Position numbers and translations under genes: made by a program
Shown here: positions 45,111-56,567 of the stretch, in pieces
Numbering within the stretch: the stretch's first letter is position 1
Layout of the letters: each line of letters starts with the position of its first letter
The notes under the pieces: generated by a model
Seen by the model: the letters and a program-made list of their open reading frames with translations, nothing else
Told to the model about the DNA's origin: nothing
Databases searched by the model: none
Assembly: GCA_030390025.1 (NCBI GenBank)
Contig: CM059432.1
Coordinates: forward strand, 130,636,001-130,700,000
DNA length: 64,000 nt
DNA from: Squalus acanthias
Lineage: Eukaryota
Direction: 5' to 3'

Positions 45111-45376
45111 TTGCTGAAAACATGTCTTTCCTGTACTGGCACCTCACAGGCGCATTCTGCATCATGTATGAATTAATTTACTTTTGTTCCCGTTTTGTAA
45201 ATATCCGGGATAATTTTACAAAAGCTCATTCCTAATGAGGAGGCTCACCTGCCAAGAGATCATATCACAAACTGATAATTATGGATAAGGAAGTCCATTC
45301 ATCCATCCAGGAAGGATAAGCCAGGAAATTATAGGCCGGTTAGTCTTACCTCGGTTATGGATAAAAGTCCAAGAGC

Positions 45377-45408
<32 letters not shown>

Positions 45409-46344
45409 CTTCCAGTCTTTGCTCCCTATAATTTTCCATCCATTAATTTCAAATCGATAAAAAATTGTGAGGAGTGCGCCTGCAATTTCCTAGTCTGTGT
45501 TCCTGGCGGGTGAGGCTCTGTTTAAAAAATCAGCCATAATAAGAGATGAAATTAGTGAACATAAGAAAGGCATGGGATAATCAGGGCCAGACAGCATGGG
45601 TCTGTAAAATCAAAGGGTCTGAATACTGGTGATGACCCTCCTCGACTTCCATAACTGTAGCTGAGCAGGAATCACAAGCCGCCTGTGTAGAGAGAGCTTG
45701 ACCCTGCTGGAGTTTCTGGGGTCAGGACATTTATATAAATCCCGTAGGTGTGAGCGTGAGTATGGGTGAATCCTAGGTGCCTGCGAGATGGGTGAAGTGT
45801 AAGATGCGGAGTTGTGTAGCTGCATTGATGTGAAGCCAACAGGACTGGTTAGAAAGCCCCCTTTTTAAGAGGGCCAATTTAGAGTCATCTTGTAGCAATC
45901 TACTGGACTGTTCCAGACCATGACCCTGATCTGGAACCTCTGTGGGCCCCTCTTCCACCGTTCACAAGTACCATATTGCATGTATTTTGCCAGCATACAG
46001 TACATTGAGCGCTCAGGAAGGAAGCAGCAGCAGTGGAAAACCCAGTAGTTGACAACAGCCTTCTGGCTCTTTCTCCTTTTTACACACCTGACTTCCATGG
46101 GGTGGATGGAACCTTTGCCCACCCCCAACAAGAATTCCCTTGCAGTGATCTTCAGGGCGGAGACCCAGCGTTAACAGGCCCAGTCCCATTTCCTGGCCCC
46201 GCCAATTGCCTTCCGCTAGACTCCCATCTCCGGTATGTTGCTGGCTCTAAGGAAATTCAGGGCCAGAGTGTATAGATGATGCCAGATGGACATTTGTCAC
46301 AAAAAAGATGGCACATGGCTTTAATGGGAATGTAGCTTCTTGGA

Positions 46345-47990
46345 TAAGAACATAAGAAATAGGAGCAGGAGTAGGCCATTCGGCCCTTTGAGCCTGCTCT
46401 GCCATTCAATGAGATCATGGCTGATCTTCTGCCTCAACTCCATTCACTGGCCCTATCGCCATATCCCTTGATGCCCTTGCTAGTCAGAAATCTATTGACT
46501 TCTGTTTTGAATATACCCAATGACTGAGCCTCCACAGCCCTCTGGGGTAGAGAATCCCAAAAATTCACCACTCTGTGTGAAGAAATTTCTTCTCATCTCA
46601 GTCCTGAATGGCCTACCCTTTATCTTGAGGCTGTGGCCCCTGGTTCTAAACTCCCCAGCTAAGGGAAACATTTTCCCAGCATCCATCCTATCAAGCCCTG
46701 TAATAATTTTGTATGCTTCAATGAGATCCCCTCTCATTCTTCTGAATTCAAGAGAATACAGGCCTAGTTTACTCAATCTCTTCTCATACGACAGTCCCGC
46801 CATCCCAGGAATCAATCTCGTGAACCTTTGTTGCACTCCCTCTATGGCAAGTATATCTTCCTTAGGTAAGGAGACCAAAATTGTACACAGTACTCCAGGT
46901 GTGGTCTCACCAAAGCCCTATATAATTAGAGTAAGACTTCTTTACTCCTGTACTCAAATCCTCTTGTAATGAAGGCCAGCATACCATTTGCCTTCCTAAT
47001 GGCTTGCTGCACCTGCACATTCACTTTCAGTGACTCATGTACAAGGACACCCAGGTCCCTTTGAGCATCTGCATTCCCTAATCTTTCACCATTTAGGAAA
47101 TACTCTGTCTTTTTGTTTTTTCTACCAAAGTGGATAACTTCACATTTATCCACATTATATTCCATCTGTCATGTTCTCGCCCATTCACTGAGCCTGTCAA
47201 GATCCCCTTGAAGCCTCTTCACATCCTCTTTGCAACTGACACTGCCACCTAGCTTTGTATCATCAGCAAATTTGGAAATGTTACATTTAGTCCCTTCATC
47301 CAAATCATTGATATAGATTGTGAATAGCTGGGGCCCAAGCACCGATCCTTGCGGTACCCCACTAGTCACAGCCTGCCATCCTGAAAAAGACCTGTTTATC
47401 CCTACTCTTTGTTTTCTGCCTGTTAACCAATTCTCAATCCATGCTAGTATATTACCCCCAATTCCATGTGCCCTAACTTTGTTCACCAACCTCTTGTGTG
47501 GGACCTTATCGAAGGCCTTCTGAAAATCCAGATACACCACATCTACCGGTTCCCCTTTGTCTACTCCATTAGTTACATCCTCAAAGAACTCCCAATAGGT
47601 TTGTCAAACAAGATTTCCCTTTCATAAATCCATGTTGACTCTGCCCAATCTTACTATTAGTTTCTAAGTGCCCAGTTATTGCATCCTTTATAATAGATTC
47701 CAGCATTTTCCCAACTACTGATGTGAGGCTAACAGGTCTGTAGTTCCCCGTTTTCTCTCTCCCTCCTTTCTTAAATAGCGGGGTTACATTTGCTATCCTC
47801 CAATCTGCAGGAACCGTTTCAGAATCTATAGCATTTTGGAAGATGACAACCAATGCGTCCACTATTCCAATGGCCACCTCTTTCAAAACCCTAGGATGTA
47901 GGTCATCCGGTCCTTGGGATTTGTCGACTTTTAGTCCCATTAATTTTGCTAGTACTGTTTTTGTACTAATAATAATTTCTTTAAGTTCCT
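46345..47990 (-). mobile_element. CR1 LINE, 5'-truncated, frameshifted
   Basis: Consecutive minus-strand RT fragments ([24 protein letters not shown]) and a TTCTTATG 3' tail. Confidence 0.93.
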
Positions 47991-47999
47991 CATAGATAG

Positions 48000-49600
48000 A
48001 GCTGACTAGGGGACAAAAAACACAGTAGAGGTAAATTAATGTTTTTCAGATTGGTGAGATGTGGTGGTGTGCCCCAGGGAGCTGTGCAGGCCCCTCTTTT
48101 TTTGTTTCCCATTTCTATAAATGATTTGGACATGGGCACAAGGAATGATATCAAAATTTGCTGAAGATACCAAATTGGGTGGTATGGCAAACTGTGAGGA
48201 AAAATGCAGGTGATTGCAGAAGATAGGTTAGTGGAGTGGGCAGATAGGTAGCAGATGTAGTTCAATGCAGAAAAATACACTGAAAGGAAGTGCACCCTAA
48301 ATGCTAAGATTCTCAAGAGATTGGAGGAATAGAGAGATCAATGGATGAAAAAAATAAATCTTCAATGGTATGAGTGCAGGTAGAAAAGACCATAAAAAAG
48401 CAGGATATGGTTCTGGGTTTTATAAAGAGAGACAGTGAATACAAAAACAAGGACAATTTGTACGAGACGTTGGTCAGGCCATAGTTGGGAGTATTGCATG
48501 CAGTTCTCAGCACCCCCTTACAGGAAGGATATTACAGCCATGGAGAGGGTAAGTGTGGATTCACTAGAATGAGACCAGGAATAAGAGGTTATATTTATAA
48601 AGGAAGGCTTGAAAAATTGCAGTTTTTCCTTTTACCTGAAGCTGAGAAGAGATAATGAAAGCTCTTGAAAGAAAGACTTGCATTTATATAGCGCCTTTCA
48701 TGACCTCACGGCGTCCCAAAGCGCTTTGGAGCCAATTAAGTACTTTTGGAATGTAGTCACTGTTGTAATGTAGGAACAATAGTGAAAGATTGTTTCCAAT
48801 AGTTAGTGAATTGATAACAAGGAGATAAAAACTCAGGATTAACACTAAAAGAATCGAGGGAAGTAAGAAGATATTTTTTCATACATAGAGTTGCTAGATT
48901 TGGGATGACTTACCACAAGTGACTGCTGAGGCAGAGACAATAACATAATTTAAAAGGGAATTGGAAAATTATTTCAAAAAGAATTGCACAAAGGATATGC
49001 GGAAAGGGTAGGCAAATGGAATTTCCAGTTGCCTGTCACTTTAATTCTCCACTCCACTCCCACTCTGACCTCTCTGTCCTCGGCCTCTTACACTATTCCA
49101 GTGAAGCTCAACGTAAGCTCGAGGAACAGCACATCACCTTTCAATTAGGCACTTTACAGCCTTCTGGACTCAACATTAAGTTCAACAATTTCAGACTATA
49201 ACCCCCCCACTTTTTCAGGCGGCTGTTGATGATCCTGCCATCCCCATTTGCAACATTTAATCTCTCCTGCCTCCTACCCTAGCACAGACTGTTCCTTCAG
49301 TTCCTTCCTCCCCTCCCCTCCCCTCCCCTTTCCCTGCCTCTGCACCTGCTTAAAACCTGTTACATCTCTAACCTTTTCCAGTTCTGATGAAGGGTCACAG
49401 ACCTGAAACGTTAACTCTGTTTCTCTCTCCACGGATGCTGCCTGGCCTGCTGAGTGCTTCCAGCATTTTCTGTTGTTATTTCAGATTTCCAGCATCCGCA
49501 GTATTTTGCTATGGAATTGGAGTAGATAGCTCCAGTTGAGGAGATAGTATTGGCACAGGCATGAATGGCCGAATGGCCTCCTTCTGTGCTGAAAATTCTA
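48000..49600 (+). mobile_element. Old CR1 remnant interrupted by an L2/SINE tail and a Penelope fragment
   Basis: Degenerate GVPQG/FAED motifs at ~48070-48170 and a GGCCGAATGGCCTCCTTCTGTGCTG tail at ~49567. Confidence 0.6.
49024..49510 (+). mobile_element. Penelope 3' fragment with hammerhead motif (49381-49415)
   Basis: PVACHFNSPLHSHSDL..QPSGLNI, closely similar to 33010-33190; GTT-CTGATGA-A-GGGTC-ACA-GACCT-GAAA-CGTT-AAC; ATGGAATT repeated at both flanks. Confidence 0.88.
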
Positions 49601-50974
49601 TCAGACAATGTGAAAAACAAGAAGTAAGATAAATTACCCCACAAAATCTGTCAGGAGAAAAGTGAGGGAGCTACTGGAAAGAATACAGGAATCTCCAAAA
49701 ATATATAATATGGTCAGAGGAGCAAAGAGGGAACTAGAAATGAGTGCAGCTGTAGAAGCCAATCACAACAGGAAGAATTTCTTCCAGTATTATAACAGCA
49801 AGAGGGTTATCAAGGAAGAATTGAGATTCTTAAGGATGAAAATGGAGTTGAAACTGAGGAAGAAAATAGTTAGCACACTAAAGAGTACCAGAAGAGACTA
49901 GCAGCAGACTGCAAATTAGAGGAAGCTCTATATGAATATAGAGAAGGTCCCATTGTGCTGGGAACAAGCCAATGTAATATCTATTAACAAGTTAATTACA
50001 GATCCATTAGCCTTACTTTGGAATTGATCATTCGGAGCAAAGTTGAGGAGTACCTTTCTGAAAATAATCTAGAAAGTGACAGCCAGCATGGTTTCAGATA
50101 GGTCATATCCTGTCACACCGTGACTTTTAAGGAAGTGAAATTCGAAGTCGATAATGGAAAGCTCCACGAAAGATTAACTCCGAAGATGTGTAGCCTTTTC
50201 CACCAGTGGAAGTGTGGCGGAGGACACAACGGTGACCTCTGCTCCTGATCCCACCAGAGTATCAGGGATGGGGGGTCAGGTCACCTCATTTACATGAGTT
50301 TGTCATGTGCCCATGCAACTATGGGTGCATCTTGGAAACCAAACAGAGGCAGGGGGCAGGAAAAGTGATGGTGGCCAGTTGTTAGTGCAGCAGCCGGCAT
50401 CCCTAGAAATTTGAGTTATTTCTTCTGGCCCAGTTTTTAAGGGCTGGGGGTGCAATTTCAACGACAGAGCAGCAGATGTTTTTTGGGGGTCCAAGCCAGA
50501 CCACCTCCGCCAACGAGCACGATTCTACGCTAGGTTCATCCTAGCATTCCAGGAATTCTGCGGTCGGGAAGTCGGAGCCGAGGAAATCCACAGTGCAGGA
50601 ATTCCCTCCGCCAATCTTGTCCCTTCTGATGTCAGGGGTCATGTTTGAGGCAGACGGACTGTCCAATGGGGTGAGGGTAAATTCCGCCATGGCCCAGATC
50701 TGCCTTGGGATAAGAAAAGAACATTCTTGTGTCCATGTAGATCCTATTATTGCAAAATTGCTAGTCTGACTGCGAGAATAGCATTGAAGAGACTGTAATA
50801 ACCAACACTTTTAATTCACCTAAATTGAGCACATCTCAGTAAATCTAGCTGTAGGATATGAACCATCACCCAGTTACATTGTTTGCTTAGACCATAGAAA
50901 ATAATGTGCTGTACTAACATAATAGAAGCTTGTATCTCTTTCTCTGGCTGATGCAGTGGACTGGATTATTCATG

Positions 50975-51192
50975 ATGCGGAGATGCCGGTGTTGGACTGG
51001 GGTGGACAAAAATGAGAAGTCGCACAACACCAGGTTATCGTCCAACAGTTTTATTTAAAATTATGAGCTTTCGGAGCTGCTGCTCCTTCGTCAGGTAGAG
51101 GTCTACCTGACGAAGGAGCAGCGCTCCAAAAGCTCGTAATTTTAAATAAAACTGTTGGACTATAACCTGGTGTTGTGCGACTTCTCATTTTT
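50975..51192. mobile_element. Penelope-derived fold-back mini-element, copy 2
   Basis: Near-identical to 17767-17990; arms 51007-51099 and 51102-51193; TSD TGGATTATTCATG(A) at 50962 and 51192. Confidence 0.88.
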
Positions 51193-51559
51193 GGATTATT
51201 CATGAGATAGAGCAGGAAATCTACAGACTGCAGGAATTTTTGATCCTTCACTCATAGTGAAACCATTTGTTGGTGTGTTTTATGCTTTGCAACACCAGAT
51301 GCCACTGTAAGCTCTAATTTAAAATCCTCCATCTCCAAAAATTAAAATTATATACGTTGGTGTTCATTCTTCGTCACTCAGTCTTGGAACTCCCTACTTA
51401 ACAGTATTTTGGGAGTACTCCCACCACAAGGACTACAGCGGTTCAAGAAAAAGGGCCACCACCTTCTTCTCAAGGGCAACTAGGTATGGGCAATAAATGC
51501 CAACAACACCCACATGTCGAGAATTAACGACAAAAATCTTTCGTAGTGATGATAGCATA

Positions 51560-51910
51560 AGACCCAAGAAGGTGTACACTTTGAGGGCCTCACAGATCTT
51601 GCAGCTGGTTACGATTGTTCGCCCTGCTCTTCCTCACCATCCTCATCTTCCTGCTCCTGCTTTTCTTCCTCCGCAGGTGGTTCTAAGTGTTGGCTCCTTT
51701 GCAGGGCAAAGTTATGGAGTTTGCAGCAGACCACTGCAAATGTGAAGACTGTCGGGGCCTGTAGTGCAGAACTCCTCCAGAACGGTCCAGGCAGCGGAAT
51801 CTCTGTATCAGAAGGCAGATGGCTTGTTCGATCAGAGCTCTGCTGGACGCACAGCTCTGATAATAGTGCTCCACAGGTTCTGTACCCGGGTTCCTGACAG
51901 TAACAACATA
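51560..51910 (-). pseudogene. Harbinger transposase C-terminal fragment
   Basis: RALIEQAICLLIQRFRCLDRSGGVLHYRP, homologous to 8700-8790. Confidence 0.7.
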
Positions 51911-51952
51911 AAACTAATGTAACTCAGGAGGAAAATCCTGCCGACCATGTAT

Positions 51953-52054
51953 GGCCCTGAAATTCCATTTTCACCATTTCGCTGGGGGTCCCACCGGTCT
52001 CCTGGCGGAGTTGCAGCAGGAGGACTGAGAGAACCCCCTTGGAATTTCAGGGCC
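51953..52054. mobile_element. MITE (Harbinger-like TIRs)
   Basis: GGCCCTGAAATTCCA ... TGGAATTTCAGGGCC terminal inverted repeat. Confidence 0.65.
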
Positions 52055-52339
52055 AATGTAAATATCACTGATTCACAGGCGCACAATTAACTATCCTGGT
52101 TACATAACCCTGCAAGGAGAATTGAAAGCAAGAAGTAAAACGTGGCTGTAATTCAATTTATCCTTCTGCTTTTAGATTTAGAAAGAAATCTTCCATGGTG
52201 CATAAATAGAAACGTTAGTAACATCTGACTGAGCTGAAAGCACAACCTATTATATTTACATAACAGATGTAGATGTGTTTCTAACACAATTTAACAGGTG
52301 TGATTATACTTGCGACACTCTGTTGAAGAACTGTGCATG

Positions 52340-55300
52340 GTTAACTAGCTTTGTCGTGGTGCATACAGGTACCAACGATATAGGTAAAAAAACGGGATGA
52401 GGTCCTAAAAGCAGAATATAGGGAGTTAGGAGGTAAATTAAAAAATAGGACCTCAAAGGTAGTAATCTCAGGATTGCTACCAGTGCCACGTGCTAGTCAG
52501 AGTAGAAATAGAAGGATATTTCAAATGAATACATGGCTAGAGGAATGGTGCAAGGGGGGGGGGATTCAAATTCCTGGGACATTGGAACCGGTTCTGGGGG
52601 AGGTGGGACCAGTACAAATCGGACGGTTTGCACCTGGGCAGGACCGGGACCGATGTCCTTGGGGGAGTGTTTGCTAGTGCTCTGGGGGAGGGTTTAAACT
52701 AAAATGGCAGGGGGTTGGGAACCTGAGCAGGGAGACAGAGGAAAGGGAAATAAGGATAGAAACAAAAGACAGGAAGGAGAAAAGCAAAGGTGACAATCAG
52801 AGAAATCAAGAGTTTAAATCAAACATGGCCACAGTAAATAATAATTCTAAAAGGTCTAAGAGTGTTAAAAAAACAAGCCTGAAGGCTTTATGTCTTTAAT
52901 GCGAGGAGCATTCGTAATAAGGTGGATGAATTAGCTGCGCTAATAGAGGTAAACGGATATGATATGATTGGGATTACGGAGACATGGCTTCAGGGTGACC
53001 AAGGCTGGGAATTCAACATCCAGGGGTATTCGATATTCAGGAAAGACAGGCAAAAAGGAAAAGGAGGTGGGGTAGCATGGTTGGTTAAAGAGGGGATTAA
53101 CACAATTGTAAGGAAGGATATTAGCTCTGATGATGTGGAATCCGTATGGGTAGAACTGAGAAATACCAAGGGGCAGAAAACATTAGTGGGAGTGGTATAC
53201 TGACCCCTAAACAGTAATGCAGAGGTTGGGGATGGCATTAAACAGGAAATTAGAGACACGTGCAATAAGGGCACAGCAGTTATCATGGGTGACTTTAATC
53301 TACATATAGATTGGGCTAACCAAATTAGTAACAATACTGTGGAGGAGGAATTCCTGGAGTGTATATGGGATGGTTTCCTGGACCAATATGTCGAGGAACC
53401 AACTGGAGACCAGGCCATCTTAGACTGGGTATTATGTAACGAGAAAGGATTAATTATCAATCTTGTTGTGCGGGGCCCCTTGGGGTGGAGCGATCATAAT
53501 ATGATAGAATTCTTCAATAAGATGGAGAATGAAATAGTTGACTCAGAGACTAGGGTCCTGAATTTAAATAAAGGAAACTACGATGGTATGAGGCGCGAGT
53601 TGGGTAGGATAGATTGGGGAATGTTGCTCAAAGGGTTGACGGTGGATAGGCAATGGCAAACATTCAAGGATCGCATAGATGAACGACAGAATTTGTTCAT
53701 CCCTGTCTGGCATAAAAATAAAACAAAAAAGGTGACTCAACCATGGCTGACAAGGGAAATCAGGGATAGCATAAGATCCAAGGAGAGGACATATAAATTG
53801 GCCAGAAAAAGCAGTAAACCTGAGGATTGGGAGCAGTTTAGGATTCAGCAAAGGAGGACAAAGGGATTAATTAAGAGGGGGAAAATAGAGTACGAGCGTA
53901 AGCTTGCAGGGAACATAAAAACTGACTGTAAAAGCTTTTATAAATATGTGAAGAGAAAAAGATTGGTGAAGTCAAGCATAGGTCCCTTGCAGTCAGAATA
54001 TGGGGAATTTATAATGGGGAACAAAGAAATGGCAGACCAATTTAATACATACTTTGGTTCTGTCTTCACAAAGGAGAACACAAATAACCTCCCAGAGATG
54101 TCGGGGAACATAGGGTCTAATGAGAGGGAGGAACTGAATGAAATCAGTATTTGTAGGGAAAAGGTGTTAGGGAAATTGACAGCATTAAAGGCCGATAAAT
54201 CCCCAGGGCCTGATAATCTACATCCTAGGGTACTTAAGGAAGTGGCCCTAGAAATAGTAGATGCATTGCTGGTCATCTTCCAAAATTCTATAGACTCTGG
54301 AACAGTTCCCATGGATTGGAGGGTAGCTAATGTTACCCCACTGTTCAAAAAAGGTGGTAAAGAAAAAACGGGGAATTATAGACCGTTAAGCCTGACATCG
54401 GTTGTGGGGAAAATGCTAGAGTCCATTATAAAAGATGTAATAGCAGAGCACTTGGAAAACAATGACAGGATTGGACAAAGTCAACATGGATTTACAAAAG
54501 GTAAATCGTGCTTGACTAATCTACTGGAATTTTTTGAGGATGTAACTGATAGAATAGATAAGGGAGAACCAGTGGATGTGGTGTATTTGGACTTTCAGAA
54601 GGCTATCGATAAGGTCCCGCATAAGAGATTAGCATGTAAAGTTAAGGCACATGGGATTGGGGGCAAGGTACTGACTTGGATAGAGAACTGGTTGGCAGAC
54701 AGGAAGCAAAAAGTTGGAATAAATGGGTCTTTTTCCAAGTGGCAGGCAGTGACTAGTGGGGTTCCGCAGGGATCGGTCCTAGGACCCCAGCTATTCACTA
54801 TATATATTAATGATCTAGACGAGGGAACTAGCTGTAATATCTCCAAGTTTGCAGATGACACAAAGCTGGGTGGGAGTGTGTGCTGTGAGGAGGATGCCGA
54901 GAAACTCCAGTATGATTTGGACAGGTTGGGTGATTGGGCAGAAGCATGGCAGATGCAGTATAATGTGGATAAGTGCGAGGTTATCCACTTTGGTGGCAAA
55001 AACAGAAAGGCAGATTATTATCTGAACGGCAATAGATTGGAAGAAGGGGAAGTGCAACGAGACCTGGGTGTCCTTGTGCACCAGTCGCTGAAGGTAAGCA
55101 TGCAGGTACAGCAGGCGGTTAAGAAGGCAAATGGTATGTTGGCCTTCGTAGCGAGAGGGTTTGAGTACAGGAACAAGGATGTCTTGCTGCAGCTGTACAG
55201 GGCCTTGGTGAGACCACACCTTGAGTATTGTGTGCAGTTTTGGTCGCCTTATCTGAGGAAGGATGTTCTTGCCATGGAGGGTGTGCAGCGAAGATTCACC

Positions 55301-55778
55301 AGACTGATACCTGGGATGGCAGGAATGACGTACGAGGAGAGATTGGGTTGATTGGGCTTATACTCACTGGAGTTTAGAAGAATGAGAGGAGATCTCATTG
55401 AAACTTATAAAATTCTAACAGGGCTAGACAGACTGGATGCAGGAAGGATGTTCCCAATGGCGGGTGAGTCCAGAACAAGAGGTCACAGTCTAAAGATAAG
55501 GGGTAAGCCATTTAGGACAGAGATGAGGAGGAATTTCTTCACCCAGAGAGTGGTGAACCTGTGGAATTCTCTACCACAGAAGGCAGTTGAGGCCAAGTCA
55601 GTAAATATATTCAAGAAGGAGTTAGATATATGTCTTAAGGCTAAAGGTATCAAGGGATATGGGGAGAAAGCAGGGACAGGGTACTGAGTTTGGATGATCA
55701 TCCATGATCGCATTGAATGGTGGAGCAGGCTCGAGGGGCCGAATGGCCTACTCCTGCTCCTATCTTCTATGTTTCTAT
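52340..55778 (+). mobile_element. CR1 LINE, near full ORF2 plus ORF1 esterase fragment; inactivated by stops and frameshifts
   Basis: VVHTGTND/SGLLPVP (ORF1), ITETWL, MGDFN, SDHN (APE) and RT motifs; stops at 53201 and 55349. Confidence 0.95.
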
Positions 55779-56015
55779 GTTTTTTCCACCAGTTTTTTTT
55801 TATCTCCCCCCCTCACCCTTTCTCCTTTCCTGAAGGCATTGGGGGAAGAATTTCCATGGTGGAGGGGGCGAGGTTTCCAATCTCCCATCATTATTTCAGC
55901 AGAATATTGGAGGAAGCCCGAGAGAAACAGCGTAAATAGCTTTTTACTTACTCCCACCAACGTTATGCCGTTACAACTGTGAGGACGGGAGGATGAGCAA
56001 CCTGGCCACAGCACT

Positions 56016-56564
56016 GTGGTACGGGGAGCCATTCAAGTGGGGGGAGTAAAAAGAAATGTTGTAGTGGTAGGGGATAGTATCATTAAGGGGATAGATAGGG
56101 TTCTTTGCAGCCGAGAGCGAGAGTCCCGAAGGCTATGTTGCCTGCCCGGTGCCAGGGTTAAGGACATCTCCTCTGGGCTAGAGAGAAACTTGGAGTGGGA
56201 GGGGGAAGATCCAGTTGTCGTGGTCCATGTTGGTACCAATGACATAGATAGGACAAGGAATGAGGTTCTGCTGAGGGAGTATGAGCAGCTAGGGGCCAAA
56301 TTAAAAAACAGAACCTCTAGGGTAGTAATCTCTGGATTACTACCTGAGCCACGAGCAAATTTGGCTAGGGTAAATAAAATCAGAGAGTTAAATGCGTGGC
56401 TCAAAGACTGGTGTGGGAGAAATGGGTTTTGCTTCCTGGGACACTGGCACCAGTACTGGGACAGGAGAGAGCTGTTCCGTTGGGATGGACTTCACTTGGC
56501 CAGTGCTGGGACTAGAGTCCTGGCGAATCGAATAACTAGGGCTGTAGAGAGGGCTTTAAACTAA
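56016..56564 (+). CDS. CR1 ORF1p SGNH/GDSL esterase domain (5'-truncated)
   Basis: VVVGDSI, CLPGA, VHVGTND and DGLHL blocks. Confidence 0.9.
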   Translation: MVRGAIQVGGVKRNVVVVGDSIIKGIDRVLCSRERESRRLCCLPGARVKDISSGLERNLEWEGEDPVVVVHVGTNDIDRTRNEVLLREYEQLGAKLKNRTSRVVISGLLPEPRANLARVNKIRELNAWLKDWCGRNGFCFLGHWHQYWDRRELFRWDGLHLASAGTRVLANRITRAVERALN

Positions 56565-56567
56565 TTA

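Noticed and set aside
45378..45408. Poly(T) run as the tail of a retrocopy or a splice acceptor
   Set aside because: No adjacent coding homology or TSD; it lies among decayed CR1 and MITE-like fragments.
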